Shown: positions 9,611 through 19,732 of the stretch, piece by piece
Position numbering within the stretch: the first letter of the stretch is position 1
Layout of the letters: each line of letters starts with the position of its first letter
Origin: an uncultured delta proteobacterium
GTDB taxonomy: Bacteria > Desulfobacterota > Desulfobacteria > Desulfobacterales > B30-G6
Direction of reading: 5' to 3'
DNA: 64,000 nt
NCBI GenBank assembly: GCA_963823335.1
Contig: CAWGLD010000001.1
Coordinates: 192,001-256,000 of the forward strand
Position numbers and translations under genes: made by a program
The notes under the pieces: generated by a model
The model's input: only the letters and a program-made list of their open reading frames with translations
The model's database searches: none
What the model was told of the DNA's origin: nothing

Positions 9611-9714
9611 TATAGGGGTTGTCAGAAAAACGTTCCGATTGAGAATCTTTTTTCTGCTACAACCCCTTATGCCGCCATCCTATTTTCGGAACATTATTAT
9701 GATAAGCGGTATAA
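9611..9714. repeat. 104-bp dispersed element, copy 1 (TATA-bounded, internal hairpin)
   Basis: 100/104 identical to 17679-17782. Confidence 0.9.
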
Positions 9715-9716
9715 CT

Positions 9717-10067
9717 TCATTGAAGTGTCTCTTTCACTATCTTCAGGAGATTCTCACGATCAAAGGGTTTTGACACGAAGGCCACAGCCTTGCCAATAGC
9801 ATGGTCCCCACCGGAAAGACCGCTGATAACGATAACGGGAATATTTTTCAACGATTTTTCCTGGCACATTTTTCGATAAAAGCGTGGTCCCCACTCTTCC
9901 GGCATTTCAAGATCGAGCGTAATCAGATCCGGTGTTTCCTTTCGGGCTATTTCCAGGCCTTCCTTGACATCCTGTGCTGAAAAAGTGCTGTAGCCGTTGT
10001 CCTCAAACAAGGTTTTCAGGTAGTCGATGACATTGGGATCATCGTCTACAATGAGTATTTTTTTCAT
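9717..10067 (-). CDS. Single-domain response regulator (Rrf1-like)
   Basis: ILIVDDD, LITLDLEMP, VISG, KP. Confidence 0.9.
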   Translation of the reverse strand: MKKILIVDDDPNVIDYLKTLFEDNGYSTFSAQDVKEGLEIARKETPDLITLDLEMPEEWGPRFYRKMCQEKSLKNIPVIVISGLSGGDHAIGKAVAFVSKPFDRENLLKIVKETLQ

Positions 10068-10098
10068 CCATCCCTCTCTTCCTGTGATACATTCCACA

Positions 10099-10138
10099 AA
10101 AAAATCGTGCTGCAATTTTATGACTCACGACCTTGTCC
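10099..10138 (-). promoter_or_regulatory. 40-bp bipartite palindromic motif (degenerate copy)
   Basis: aaaaaatcg-N5-caattttat-N6-cgac-N3-gtcc. Confidence 0.5.
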
Positions 10139-10154
10139 CCACAAAACATACACC

Positions 10155-11054
10155 CTAACGGTTGATACTGATAACCGGGCATCCCGCTCTGACAATTACC
10201 TGTTCGATATTACTCCCCAGCCGGGTATCCTCCTGGGATGATTTCTGGGTGTGGTGTGCCATGACAATAAGGTCGGCATGCTTTTCCCGTGCATACTTCA
10301 CGATCTCTACATAGGGGATGCCTTCCCAAACCTCGAAATCGTATTCCGCCACATCTTTCATCTCAGGTAAATATCGACCCCGTATCCGCCGCAGGGATTC
10401 CCGAATGTTCGACTCGATTTCATCCTGGGTCATACTTCTCCCCAGATGCATGCTGCCAATATCCAGGGCGTGGAAAATATGAAGTTCGCAGGCCAGGGTC
10501 TTGGCGAGTTTCAGGGCAAACCGAAAAGCAGCATCGGAGGCCTTGGAAAAATCGGTGCCGAAAACCACATTGGACATGCCACCCCAGAAAGAAGCCGCCG
10601 GCCGGTTGACCACCAGCAAGGGACAGGGTGCCACCTTTGCCACGCGTTGCAGCGTAGAACCCACCACGCTCTTTTTATAGACGGAATCCTCGTCATCCCC
10701 GGTGCTGCCGCCCATAACGACCAGGTCCGGAGCTAATTCCCGGGCTGCCCTCAATATCTCCCGATGCGGCAGACCGATGGCCACTTTGATTTCGAAATTA
10801 CGGACTGTCTCAAGCTGTTTTGAATAGTGAATCTTGATCTCCTCCTCCACCCAGGCAATGTACTCGTCGTCAAGTTCGACTTTTTCTTTTGTCTTGATGT
10901 CCAGCACCACCTGGCTGAAACCACGCGTAGGCACTCCCAGCACATGAAAAATACATATCTGTGCATCATAAGACTGGGCCATGTTGAAGGCCACCCGTGC
11001 AGCATGGTCACAGGCCTCTGTAGCGGATGTGGCAAACAGTATTTTCTTAAACAT
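10155..11054 (-). CDS. Tandem-domain universal stress protein
   Basis: KKILFAT, DLVVMG, GS...CPLLVV, GTDFS, ADLIVMA. Confidence 0.92.
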   Translation of the reverse strand: MFKKILFATSATEACDHAARVAFNMAQSYDAQICIFHVLGVPTRGFSQVVLDIKTKEKVELDDEYIAWVEEEIKIHYSKQLETVRNFEIKVAIGLPHREILRAARELAPDLVVMGGSTGDDEDSVYKKSVVGSTLQRVAKVAPCPLLVVNRPAASFWGGMSNVVFGTDFSKASDAAFRFALKLAKTLACELHIFHALDIGSMHLGRSMTQDEIESNIRESLRRIRGRYLPEMKDVAEYDFEVWEGIPYVEIVKYAREKHADLIVMAHHTQKSSQEDTRLGSNIEQVIVRAGCPVISINR

Positions 11055-11095
11055 ATGTCACCTCGTTGGCGGGTTGAAAGAGAATATCCAACACC

Positions 11096-12484
11096 CTATT
11101 CTTTTAGTTTTAAATGCTCTGGAATTTCGACCATGCTGATCACCAGGGGTTTGAGGAAAGACCATTTAATGCCGATTTTATATTCCTCTTCTAAATCACG
11201 AATCGCATCCCAGCAGTTGTGACAAGGGGCGATCACCATTTCGGCACCCGTGTGCAGGATCTGATCCCGTTTGGTGATCAGGGCCTTGTTCCGCTGAGGC
11301 CGGAAGAGACCGATACCGTTAAACCCCCCGCCGCCGCCGCAGCAATAATTGTGTTCCCGGTTCGGTGACATCTCCATAAAATAGCCGGGCTCGACAATAT
11401 AGCTCATGATTTCCCGCGTGATATCCTTTAATCCGTTATTGCGAACATAGTTACAGGAATCCTGAAGCGTTACCGGCATTTTGAGGCGTTTGGACGGGTC
11501 GATCTTGAGTTTTCCTTCCCGCAGCGCTTCGGCCAGCCATTCAACATAATGGATCGATTCCACAGGGGGTTTCCCCGTACTTCTGCCGGCCCAGTAGGGT
11601 CCTTCCACAACGGTGGCACGATGGGCATGGCCGCACTCCGTCCCCACCATCCGCTTGGGCTTGAGCCGCTCCATGGCAGCATAGACATGCTCCACCTGCA
11701 TTTTACAGGCTGCCCAGTCACCGGCAAACATGGCCAGGCTGGTCTGCTCCCATCCACTGGTTGGTACGGTCCAATTCTCACCGGCCAGATGAAAAAGTAT
11801 CGCCGCCTCGGCCAGATCCTCAGGATAGTGCTTCACCTCCCTGGCGTTGACCGTGTAGAGGATGTCGGCACCCTCCTTGTCCACCGGCACCTCGAGACCC
11901 GGATAGTCCTCTTCGTATTCCTCCACCATCCATTCGAAGGTTTCCACGAAATCCTGGTCCGTAACATCCATTTGGGCACGGTAAACCCGATGCATACCGG
12001 CTCCGATTTTCATCTCCCAGGGGACAAATCCCTGCTGATAGCACAGACCCCTGAGGTAGCCGAACATAACCCCCATGTCGATACCGTGGGGACAATACAT
12101 GCCGCAACGATTACAGCAGGTGCATTTGGCCCATGCCGTTTCCATGACCATCTGCATGAATTCGTTGTCCACGTTTCCTTTACGCTTGACGATTTCACCC
12201 AGTGTCGATTGAATCTTGTAGGCAGGCACCTGTTTGGGATCCTGGTCGTTGATCAGGTACAGAAAACAACTGTCAGCACACATGCCGCAGTGGGCGCATA
12301 TTTCCAGCCAGGTTTTCATCCTGGACTTCAAGGTGTTCTGAATCGTTTTCCAAAGCAGACTCTGGTCAATATCGAGGGATTTCATCTCCTGATAATATTG
12401 CTTCCCGCCGGTATCCCCCAGAAGGGCTTTGAGTTCTTCTTCGGTTTCTATTGGTTTCTTGTTGCAGAATTTTCCTTCAGGCAT
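11096..12484 (-). CDS. hmcF: Hmc complex cytoplasmic Fe-S/CCG subunit HmcF
   Basis: [42 protein letters not shown]; operon position. Confidence 0.9.
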   Translation of the reverse strand: MPEGKFCNKKPIETEEELKALLGDTGGKQYYQEMKSLDIDQSLLWKTIQNTLKSRMKTWLEICAHCGMCADSCFLYLINDQDPKQVPAYKIQSTLGEIVKRKGNVDNEFMQMVMETAWAKCTCCNRCGMYCPHGIDMGVMFGYLRGLCYQQGFVPWEMKIGAGMHRVYRAQMDVTDQDFVETFEWMVEEYEEDYPGLEVPVDKEGADILYTVNAREVKHYPEDLAEAAILFHLAGENWTVPTSGWEQTSLAMFAGDWAACKMQVEHVYAAMERLKPKRMVGTECGHAHRATVVEGPYWAGRSTGKPPVESIHYVEWLAEALREGKLKIDPSKRLKMPVTLQDSCNYVRNNGLKDITREIMSYIVEPGYFMEMSPNREHNYCCGGGGGFNGIGLFRPQRNKALITKRDQILHTGAEMVIAPCHNCWDAIRDLEEEYKIGIKWSFLKPLVISMVEIPEHLKLKE

Positions 12485-12522
12485 GTTGCATCCTTCCTTA
12501 AATTTGCTTATTTCCGGCTGGT

Positions 12523-13200
12523 TTACCAGGCCATACCTTTTCCTTTCATTCCGCCACGCTTGATACCATAATCCATACCCAGTTGCGCCCGTGAAGCAAA
12601 AAACAGAACGATGTGCGATAACTTGGTAAAGGGGGCGGCGATCAGCAGCGCTTCACCGCACAGGATGTGGGTTGTTAACCAGAAAGTGTAGGAACCCAGC
12701 TCGTATCGGGCGACAAGACCGGTCATAAAAGGCGCCACGGCTAAGAGCAGAATGACATAATCATACCACGTGGTAAGAATCCTGACCTCGGGCAGTGCAA
12801 TTCTTCTAAGCGCCAGAAAAACAGCACTGACAATAACCGTCCAGGTGAGAATATCGGCCAGTAACGGATTCAGCGTAATCAGCGAAATACCGATTTTCTC
12901 CTTCAGGAACAGGTTATGCGCCAGCAAGAACAGGGGCACTAGGACGGCCCCGATATGAAAACCGAAAAAAATGACGGTCATAAAGGGTTGCTTGCGCCAG
13001 CCATAGGTGCCAAAAGGTATAAGCCATTTCACAATGGAATTCACGGCACCTTTAAATCCCTGAAACGGGTAGGCTTTGTAAGCCACACGGTCCAGTTGCC
13101 AGCTCAACCCCCGGAAATATAGAACAAACCTGACCAGCATGCCGATCAGAAAAATGCCCAAAGACAACCAGAACATCGGGCCGGTTAGAAAATCGTACAT
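12523..13200 (-). CDS. hmcE: Hmc complex NarI-like cytochrome b subunit HmcE
   Basis: [34 protein letters not shown]. Confidence 0.88.
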   Translation of the reverse strand: MYDFLTGPMFWLSLGIFLIGMLVRFVLYFRGLSWQLDRVAYKAYPFQGFKGAVNSIVKWLIPFGTYGWRKQPFMTVIFFGFHIGAVLVPLFLLAHNLFLKEKIGISLITLNPLLADILTWTVIVSAVFLALRRIALPEVRILTTWYDYVILLLAVAPFMTGLVARYELGSYTFWLTTHILCGEALLIAAPFTKLSHIVLFFASRAQLGMDYGIKRGGMKGKGMAW

Positions 13201-13335
13201 TGATGCCTCCATTGACAGCATGGGTTCGAGGGTTCAAGGGTTGGAGGGTTCGAGGGGTATGACCACCGCTCATAGTTTATAGCGAAAAATCAAAACCAAC
13301 GCCACGAACACAACAAACACAATGAGCCCCATAAA

Positions 13336-13479
13336 CTAAAATGTTCGCTTCTTTTCATCCCTGCCGCTCAGAAAAAGCCAGAACAGCAGCAGTCCCACAA
13401 GGACGGCCCCCATCAGCATGTAGGTAATGCTTTTCGAGTGCAGCAGGAAATCATGCAGTGTGTAAAACAATGCGTCCAT
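13336..13479 (-). CDS. hmcD: Hmc complex small membrane subunit HmcD (47 aa)
   Basis: Not in ORF track: MDALFYTLHDFLLHSKSITYMLMGAVLVGLLLFWLFLSGRDEKKRTF; GAGAGG RBS; between hmcC and hmcE. Confidence 0.85.
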   Translation of the reverse strand: MDALFYTLHDFLLHSKSITYMLMGAVLVGLLLFWLFLSGRDEKKRTF

Positions 13480-13507
13480 GAAACCTCTCATCAACTAAGA
13501 AATACTT

Positions 13508-14677
13508 CTATTTGTGCTGATAGTCCGGATGCTCATAAAAAATAGGCATCCGGGTGGTAACAAATCGATAAACCACAACACCGATGGTAACGACAAACAA
13601 CGAGATGGCGATTTCCATCCAGCTGGGAAAGTAGCGGTCGGCCGGCGGCAGGTGCCAGTTGAATGCCACCACAGAGATGTTCAAGCGATTCAGCACGACT
13701 CCCAGAACTGCCAGGACAGAGGCCCAGCGCACCAGACGCAGATTCCGATCACGCGCTGCAATGGCATATAAAAATGCCGGAAATGCAACAAATCCCAGCA
13801 GTTCCACCAGGAACCACAGCCCCCATCCCGTGGCCAGATAGTGCCAGTTGTTGTCCATGGCAATACCGATGAATTTGACACCCACATAACCCATCATCAC
13901 AAAAGCAGCTGCTTTACCAAAGCCCAGAGCCACGCCTTCGCTTTCTTTCAGATGGGTCTCGTCCATCTTGTGGTGCAGGTGGCGATGCGCCAGGGAGCCT
14001 TCGAATATCACCATGGAAAGCCCGGCAAAAACACTGGAAACAAAAAAGAATACCGGCAGATAGCCCGAATACCACAGAGGGTGAAGCTTGGAGGGTACAA
14101 TCATGTAGAGCGCCCCCAGAGAAGACTGGTGCAGGGTGGAAAGAATTACGCCGAATATGGTCAGTACCAAGGTCAGGCGGACCACCAGGTTCCGAATTTT
14201 TTTCAGACCGAGCCATTCGAGCGCGGCAGGACTGAATTCGATAAAAAGGACGCTGAGGTAGAGAAAAACGCACAAGCCCACTTCGAATAACAGCGATGTG
14301 GTGCCTGGCGAAACAAAAATCGGATATGGCAGGCGCCAGGGTCTACCCACATCATAGTGGAGTGCCATTACCACCAGTGCATACCCCAGAAAAGCGGTCA
14401 AAATGGCGGGGCGAACTGCTGAATGGTAGCGTTTCAATCCGAAGATATAGCATGATGCCGAGGTGACATAACCACCTGCAGCAAGGGCCACACCGCACAA
14501 CAGGTCAAATCCTATCCAGATCCCCCAGGGATTGTTGTCATCGAGGTTTGTGACCGCACCCAGCCCGCCCGTGAACCGCAACACCGTGATGATCAGACCA
14601 CATAATATGATCATGCCGGCTATCACATTGAAAGGCGTAAAAATTGACTTATTCACCTGCGCCGTCTCTTGTGGCAT
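13508..14677 (-). CDS. hmcC: Hmc complex NrfD/HybB-family membrane subunit HmcC
   Basis: PWGIWIGFD, DVGRPWR, STLHQSSLG, KLHPLW. Confidence 0.92.
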   Translation of the reverse strand: MPQETAQVNKSIFTPFNVIAGMIILCGLIITVLRFTGGLGAVTNLDDNNPWGIWIGFDLLCGVALAAGGYVTSASCYIFGLKRYHSAVRPAILTAFLGYALVVMALHYDVGRPWRLPYPIFVSPGTTSLLFEVGLCVFLYLSVLFIEFSPAALEWLGLKKIRNLVVRLTLVLTIFGVILSTLHQSSLGALYMIVPSKLHPLWYSGYLPVFFFVSSVFAGLSMVIFEGSLAHRHLHHKMDETHLKESEGVALGFGKAAAFVMMGYVGVKFIGIAMDNNWHYLATGWGLWFLVELLGFVAFPAFLYAIAARDRNLRLVRWASVLAVLGVVLNRLNISVVAFNWHLPPADRYFPSWMEIAISLFVVTIGVVVYRFVTTRMPIFYEHPDYQHK

Positions 14678-15772
14678 CTATTTTTCCTCCTTCGGTGTCT
14701 CAGAACCCGGGTCTTCGGGCGCTGGTTGTGACTCCGCCGCTTCTTTGGCAGCGTCTTCCAGGGCACGTTTAACTTCCAGGTTGATGGCAGCCTCCTTTTC
14801 CTTGGCCATGCTGTCTTTCATCTTGGCCAGCTTGATCTTCATCTCCTCGTTGGCGTCGGCAACCGTCTGCGCCACCGCATGGATGCGTTCCTCGTCGGCA
14901 ATTTTATCCTTGCGTCTTGAGATGGCGTAGATACCGGTAAGCAACACCGGCCACAATGCCACCACCACAGGAACCGCTGCCAGAGGACCCGCAGTGAAAC
15001 TGGATGCTGTCTGAGTACCAAGATCTTCACGCATATCGATCTGGGAAAAGGGCGTTCCAGATAGGGTCATCCAGCTGGTACCACCCATCTCCTGTTCGCC
15101 ATAAATATGGTCGATATAGGCCTCTGGATATTTTTCAATACGCTGCCGGGCTAGCTTGATAAGTCTTTCGCGTGGTCCAAAGGTCAAAGCCTCTTTCGGG
15201 CATATCTCCACGCACCCGGGAAGCAATCCTTTTTCAATACGCGGGTGGCACATGGTGCATTTGGTCACGCGCGGCGTCAATGGCTCGTTATATTCGTATG
15301 TCGGAATATTGAAGGGACATGCCACCATACAGTATCGGCAACCCACACACAGGGATGCATCGTAAATGACGGCACCGGTCTTGACTTTTCGCAATGCTCT
15401 GACAAAACAGGCTGACGCACAGGCCGGCTCCAGACAGTGATTGCACTGTTTTTTCACATATACAGGCAACCGGCTGTCCTTTTCCCTGAATCGATTGACC
15501 ACTGTATAGGTATCGGATCGTGTCCGGCGGCTTTGGTCCAGAACACTCAGGTCGTCAAAAGGTTGTTCCGGAACCGGAAGTTCATTGACCTTGTTGCAGG
15601 CCTCCTCACACTTCCGGCACCCGATGCATCGGGTTGTGTCGTGCAGAATTCCAAAGCTGTCTGGATAGCCACCAAACTGCTTGTTTGAAGCCGCTTGCGC
15701 ATGACCCGCAGTCGTCACACCAGCACTTGCTGCACCTAACCAGCCAAGAAACTGTCTTCGGGATATCCCCAT
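14678..15772 (-). CDS. hmcB: Hmc complex periplasmic 4Fe-4S subunit HmcB
   Basis: Tat SRRQFL; CIGCRKCEEAC, CNHCLEPACASAC, CVGCRYCMVACP, CTMC..CVEICP; C-terminal TM. Confidence 0.92.
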   Translation of the reverse strand: MGISRRQFLGWLGAASAGVTTAGHAQAASNKQFGGYPDSFGILHDTTRCIGCRKCEEACNKVNELPVPEQPFDDLSVLDQSRRTRSDTYTVVNRFREKDSRLPVYVKKQCNHCLEPACASACFVRALRKVKTGAVIYDASLCVGCRYCMVACPFNIPTYEYNEPLTPRVTKCTMCHPRIEKGLLPGCVEICPKEALTFGPRERLIKLARQRIEKYPEAYIDHIYGEQEMGGTSWMTLSGTPFSQIDMREDLGTQTASSFTAGPLAAVPVVVALWPVLLTGIYAISRRKDKIADEERIHAVAQTVADANEEMKIKLAKMKDSMAKEKEAAINLEVKRALEDAAKEAAESQPAPEDPGSETPKEEK

Positions 15773-16009
15773 ATTAGCACCTCAATATGTTATCGCTGAA
15801 ACAAACTTTTTCCTCAGTTGCATTTCCCATATAAGTTGAAAATCGATACTCATCAACAAGCCCCCATTCCATCAACACAAGAAACGCAATGAATCCAATG
15901 AAACCATTGATAGCTTTTTAGGGGTTTAGGCTGTAGGCTGTTAGCTGCCAATTGCTCGCCGCTTTCAGCCACCCACCACCCCTCCAAACCTATCCCCTCC
16001 TACCCTTGT

Positions 16010-17632
16010 TCAATTCGAAGCACTCCGCTTCTTATGACACTTGCCGCAGTCCGTCGCCGCTGGGTCCTTGATCCCCATCTCCTGGTGACATGTGATGCAC
16101 TGACCATGATAGGCCCCCATGAGACCGGGGCGCCCGTCCTGCAAACCCTTGAATGCTTCTCCATGACAGGCAGCGCATTTGGGCGGTTGAAGGGTAGCCG
16201 GGCTGTGATGATGACACCCCATGCACAGGGTTGTTTGCTTATCGTGAAAATAAGCAGCCATACCATTGTCTCCGATCCGCGATTCAATACTTCTGAAGAC
16301 CTGACGATGCGGAAACCGAGCTCCTTCATATTGGTCTTTCAGGACATCGATGACCACTTTTTCCGGTATCTGCTCGTCCGTTGGTTTCACAAAATTACCG
16401 GCCGATGTCTTTACTGCCTCGGCTGCAAGTTCGGTCCTGGCTTCCTTGTTCATGGGCCACGGACCTAAAACCGATCGGTCAAGGCGATGACACTGGCGGC
16501 AGTTCTCTCCTGCAAATGGCTTGTCAGGCATGCCGGCATGGCAACCGGCACAATTTTGGTCTGTCTGAGCCTGCTTGTGACAGCCGATACAGCTCCGGCT
16601 TGACGTACGGGAATGCATGGCCTGTGCAAGCTGCACCTGGCCGCCATCCTGGCCTCCGTTTTCCGTATGGCAGTCGCTGCATTTTTTCAGGGTTTCGTGG
16701 TGACAGGACTGGCAGCTTGCATTTGCCCGCTCATGAACTTGGTGCTTGAATGGAACCGGATCCATCTGCTGGGTCACTTTTTTGGCATCCGTATCCTGAC
16801 CTGTCATCCAGCTCGCCAGGAGCACTGCATCGGGCTGGTTTCGTTTCATACGGGGAACCGAAGCCACTACTTTAATGCCGGCCTGCTCCTCGGCGCCATG
16901 GCAACCGGCACACTCAATGGGTCCGGCTGTTTTCTCTTGACTCGCCAGTGTCTGGTGACAGTTCACGCATGCATCATGCGATGCCAAGCGAATGGAGGAG
17001 GCCTCGTCTGTTTTGTCTTCTTTGTGACAATACCGGCAACTACCCTCTTCGCCCCGGGTGTAGACTGTTTTCTTTGCGGTCTTGTCATACGTGTGATGGC
17101 AGGCACTGCAGTTGACAGTGTCCCCTGCGTCCTCAGGCAGAATGGCATTTGCAGATTCATGGCGATAATGAAGGGATTTGTCAAAAGACAGGGGCTTCCA
17201 GGAACTGCCCATACCGGTCTGGGTCTTGTGACAGGATCGGCAGTCACCCGTTACCGGTCCGGCCTTCTCTCCGCTGGCTTCTGTCTTTACATGACAGGCA
17301 ATACAGTTTTCATGGTATATGACCATGTCCGTCTCGATGGCACCGTTATCGAGACGCATGAATTTGAATACAAACTGCTGATCCTTCTCCAGATGACATG
17401 TGCTGCAGTTCTTTTTGTCCTGAATACGTTTGGTGTGCAGATCGTGAAGGAATTGTACGGCAGGCATTTTTTCACCCCCCGGCATGGCCGGGAGATCTAT
17501 CATCAGAACATCTGGCCGCATGTCATCGAGATCTGTGTCACTGTAAACGCTTGCGATCACGAAAAACACACCCGCCAGAATAGTCACTGGAATGATGCCC
17601 TTTCCCCACCCAAACGATCGTCTTTTCGCCAT
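16010..17632 (-). CDS. hmcA: High-molecular-mass 16-haem cytochrome c HmcA
   Basis: 16 CxxCH motifs counted, signal peptide, c3-type domains. Confidence 0.95.
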   Translation of the reverse strand: MAKRRSFGWGKGIIPVTILAGVFFVIASVYSDTDLDDMRPDVLMIDLPAMPGGEKMPAVQFLHDLHTKRIQDKKNCSTCHLEKDQQFVFKFMRLDNGAIETDMVIYHENCIACHVKTEASGEKAGPVTGDCRSCHKTQTGMGSSWKPLSFDKSLHYRHESANAILPEDAGDTVNCSACHHTYDKTAKKTVYTRGEEGSCRYCHKEDKTDEASSIRLASHDACVNCHQTLASQEKTAGPIECAGCHGAEEQAGIKVVASVPRMKRNQPDAVLLASWMTGQDTDAKKVTQQMDPVPFKHQVHERANASCQSCHHETLKKCSDCHTENGGQDGGQVQLAQAMHSRTSSRSCIGCHKQAQTDQNCAGCHAGMPDKPFAGENCRQCHRLDRSVLGPWPMNKEARTELAAEAVKTSAGNFVKPTDEQIPEKVVIDVLKDQYEGARFPHRQVFRSIESRIGDNGMAAYFHDKQTTLCMGCHHHSPATLQPPKCAACHGEAFKGLQDGRPGLMGAYHGQCITCHQEMGIKDPAATDCGKCHKKRSASN

Positions 17633-17678
17633 GTTTTCTTCCTCTGGTTAAATTTCGTGATTTCTGTAACCCGATTTA

Positions 17679-17782
17679 TATAGGGGTTGTCAGAAAAACG
17701 TTCCGATTGAGGACCTTTTTTCTGCTACAACCCCTTATGCCGCCATCCTGTTTTCGGAACATTATTATGACAAGCGGTATAA
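17679..17782. repeat. 104-bp dispersed element, copy 2 (in hmcA leader)
   Basis: 100/104 identical to 9611-9714. Confidence 0.9.
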
Positions 17783-17841
17783 AACACGGCAGTGTCGCCG
17801 CAAACGGATTCCGGCAGCGCTTTTCCGGCAAGAATGTTTGT

Positions 17842-17893
17842 TTCCTATCATTATGGTAGGGTTAATTCCTACCAATTCCATAGGGTTTGTCAA
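17842..17893 (-). promoter_or_regulatory. Two tandem putative Rrf2-type operators abutting a TTGACA -35 box (hmc promoter)
   Basis: TTCCTATCATTATGGTAGGGT (17842-17862) and TTCCTACCAATTCCATAGGGT (17866-17886); TTGACA on minus strand at 17888-17893. Confidence 0.65.
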
Positions 17894-17968
17894 GCGTAAA
17901 ATGCATGCCCGTAAAATCGTTCTTAGAACCTTGGCTTTGTTTGGTTTATTGGGTCTGAAGAATAATGA

Positions 17969-19678
17969 TCAAGAAACAGATGCCGTAAGCACCTTGTTCT
18001 GCTGCCCGGTCTTTTTGTTTACCACATGCAGGAGCCCCAACATGACCATCACGATACCGATGATACAGGTACACATGGCGTTGGCGCTGGCAGTCCAGCC
18101 GTCGTTATCGAGCATGATAATTTCGATGGCGGCAAGATGTACCGAGGCGGACACCAGAAAGATGACGGCGCTGATGGTCGTCATGGAGCGCATGAAAAAA
18201 TAGACGAAGTTCTGAAAAAACGCCACCCGCGACAGGGGAAAGATGATCTGGAAAAAGGTCCGCACGGTATCACCGCCGAGACTTATGGAGGCTTCTTCCA
18301 CCGAGGGATCGATGTTACGCATATTCGAAATACTGGAAAGAATCCCCAGGGTAAAGTTGCAGATAACAATATTGATCACCACGATCCAGGGGGTCCCGTA
18401 GAAAAAATAATAGGGCTTGTTGAAGGCCAGAATATACCCCAGCCCCATGACAAGCCCCGGAATTGCGGCCGGCATGACCGACAGGAAATAGATAAACTGC
18501 TTGAAATAGGGTCGCCGGGTTTCCATGACGTAAGAGGCCACCAGGGTGATGAAAGAGCCGGAGATACCAACCACCAGGGATATCCACAGACTGGTCCAGA
18601 TGGCTGAATAGCCACCGATGGAGGGAAATTGATAATGAGACAGGGTCAGGGTCCAGTCGTAGGGCCACACTTTGACAAAGGACCCCATGATGACCGTGAC
18701 AAAAATGACGATGATCGAGAAGGCCACCAAGCTGCAGAAAGCGGTGAATCCGTATTTCTTCAGGGGCCGCGAGGGCGGAATCTCCGGCTTGGCCGCCCCG
18801 CTGATCATGGAAAATGTCTTGCGGGAGATGTAGTAGTTGAGCATGAAAGCCCCCAGGGAGGGAACCAGCAGGATAATACTGATGGTGGCCCCCAGGTCAA
18901 AGCGGTACAGGTTGGTGACCTGGGAATAGATCTCGGTGGCCAGGACCGAATAGTTGCCGCCGATGACGACCGGGTTGCCGAAATCGGTGATGGTCAGGTT
19001 GAAAGTCAGCGCTGCAGAACTCAGGATACCGTATTTGGCGGACGGCAGGGTGATGCGGGTGAACACCTTGAAGGGTGTTGCCCCGAGGCTCTCGGCGGCC
19101 TCGTCAAGCCGGATGTCAACGGCGGACAGGGTCGTGAACAGGATGACAAAGGCATGTGGAAGGCAATACAGCACTTCGGAAATAATGATTCCTGTCGAAC
19201 CATAAATGTTCCAGTCCGTCCCCAGCCAGTGGGCCGTGACAATACCGTTGCGACCGAACAGGTAGATCAATGCCAGGGCCTGCACAATGGAAGGCGCCAC
19301 CAGCGGCATCATGATGATATTTTTAAAAAAAGTTTTACCGGCCATGGTCGTACGGGTCATGGCGTAGGCAAAGAAGAACACGATGACGGTGACGATAATC
19401 GTGGTGGCTGCAGAAACATAAAGGCTGTGCCATAACGTTCTCAACGTATAGGCGTTGCTGAAATATTTTATATAGTTATCCAGCGTAAACGTGGCAAATC
19501 CCACCTCACCTCTCTCGAAAAAACTGAGGGTCAGGATCTTCCATAAAGGAAAGAGCATGAAAAAAAACAGCAGCAGGGCAATAAACAGCGTAACGGCAGG
19601 GACAATCACCTTGTCCACTTCCATCCGCCGTGACGAGATTTCATATTTCTTTTCGATGGCGCTTTGTACTGAATTCAT
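17969..19678 (-). CDS. ABC transporter permease, two TM domains (FbpB/PhnU-like)
   Basis: Two EAA loops (DEAAESLGA, EEASISLGG), DFGNP. Confidence 0.9.
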   Translation of the reverse strand: MNSVQSAIEKKYEISSRRMEVDKVIVPAVTLFIALLLFFFMLFPLWKILTLSFFERGEVGFATFTLDNYIKYFSNAYTLRTLWHSLYVSAATTIIVTVIVFFFAYAMTRTTMAGKTFFKNIIMMPLVAPSIVQALALIYLFGRNGIVTAHWLGTDWNIYGSTGIIISEVLYCLPHAFVILFTTLSAVDIRLDEAAESLGATPFKVFTRITLPSAKYGILSSAALTFNLTITDFGNPVVIGGNYSVLATEIYSQVTNLYRFDLGATISIILLVPSLGAFMLNYYISRKTFSMISGAAKPEIPPSRPLKKYGFTAFCSLVAFSIIVIFVTVIMGSFVKVWPYDWTLTLSHYQFPSIGGYSAIWTSLWISLVVGISGSFITLVASYVMETRRPYFKQFIYFLSVMPAAIPGLVMGLGYILAFNKPYYFFYGTPWIVVINIVICNFTLGILSSISNMRNIDPSVEEASISLGGDTVRTFFQIIFPLSRVAFFQNFVYFFMRSMTTISAVIFLVSASVHLAAIEIIMLDNDGWTASANAMCTCIIGIVMVMLGLLHVVNKKTGQQNKVLTASVS

Positions 19679-19732
19679 TTTTTATCCCGGTAGTGTCTTT
19701 CCTGTTCCATCATTGCCATTGTTGCGCCTAGG

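Noticed and set aside
15773-16009. Small ORF between hmcA and hmcB (MEWGLVDEY..., 32 aa)
   Set aside because: No clear RBS or recognisable features; the region contains low-complexity repeat debris.
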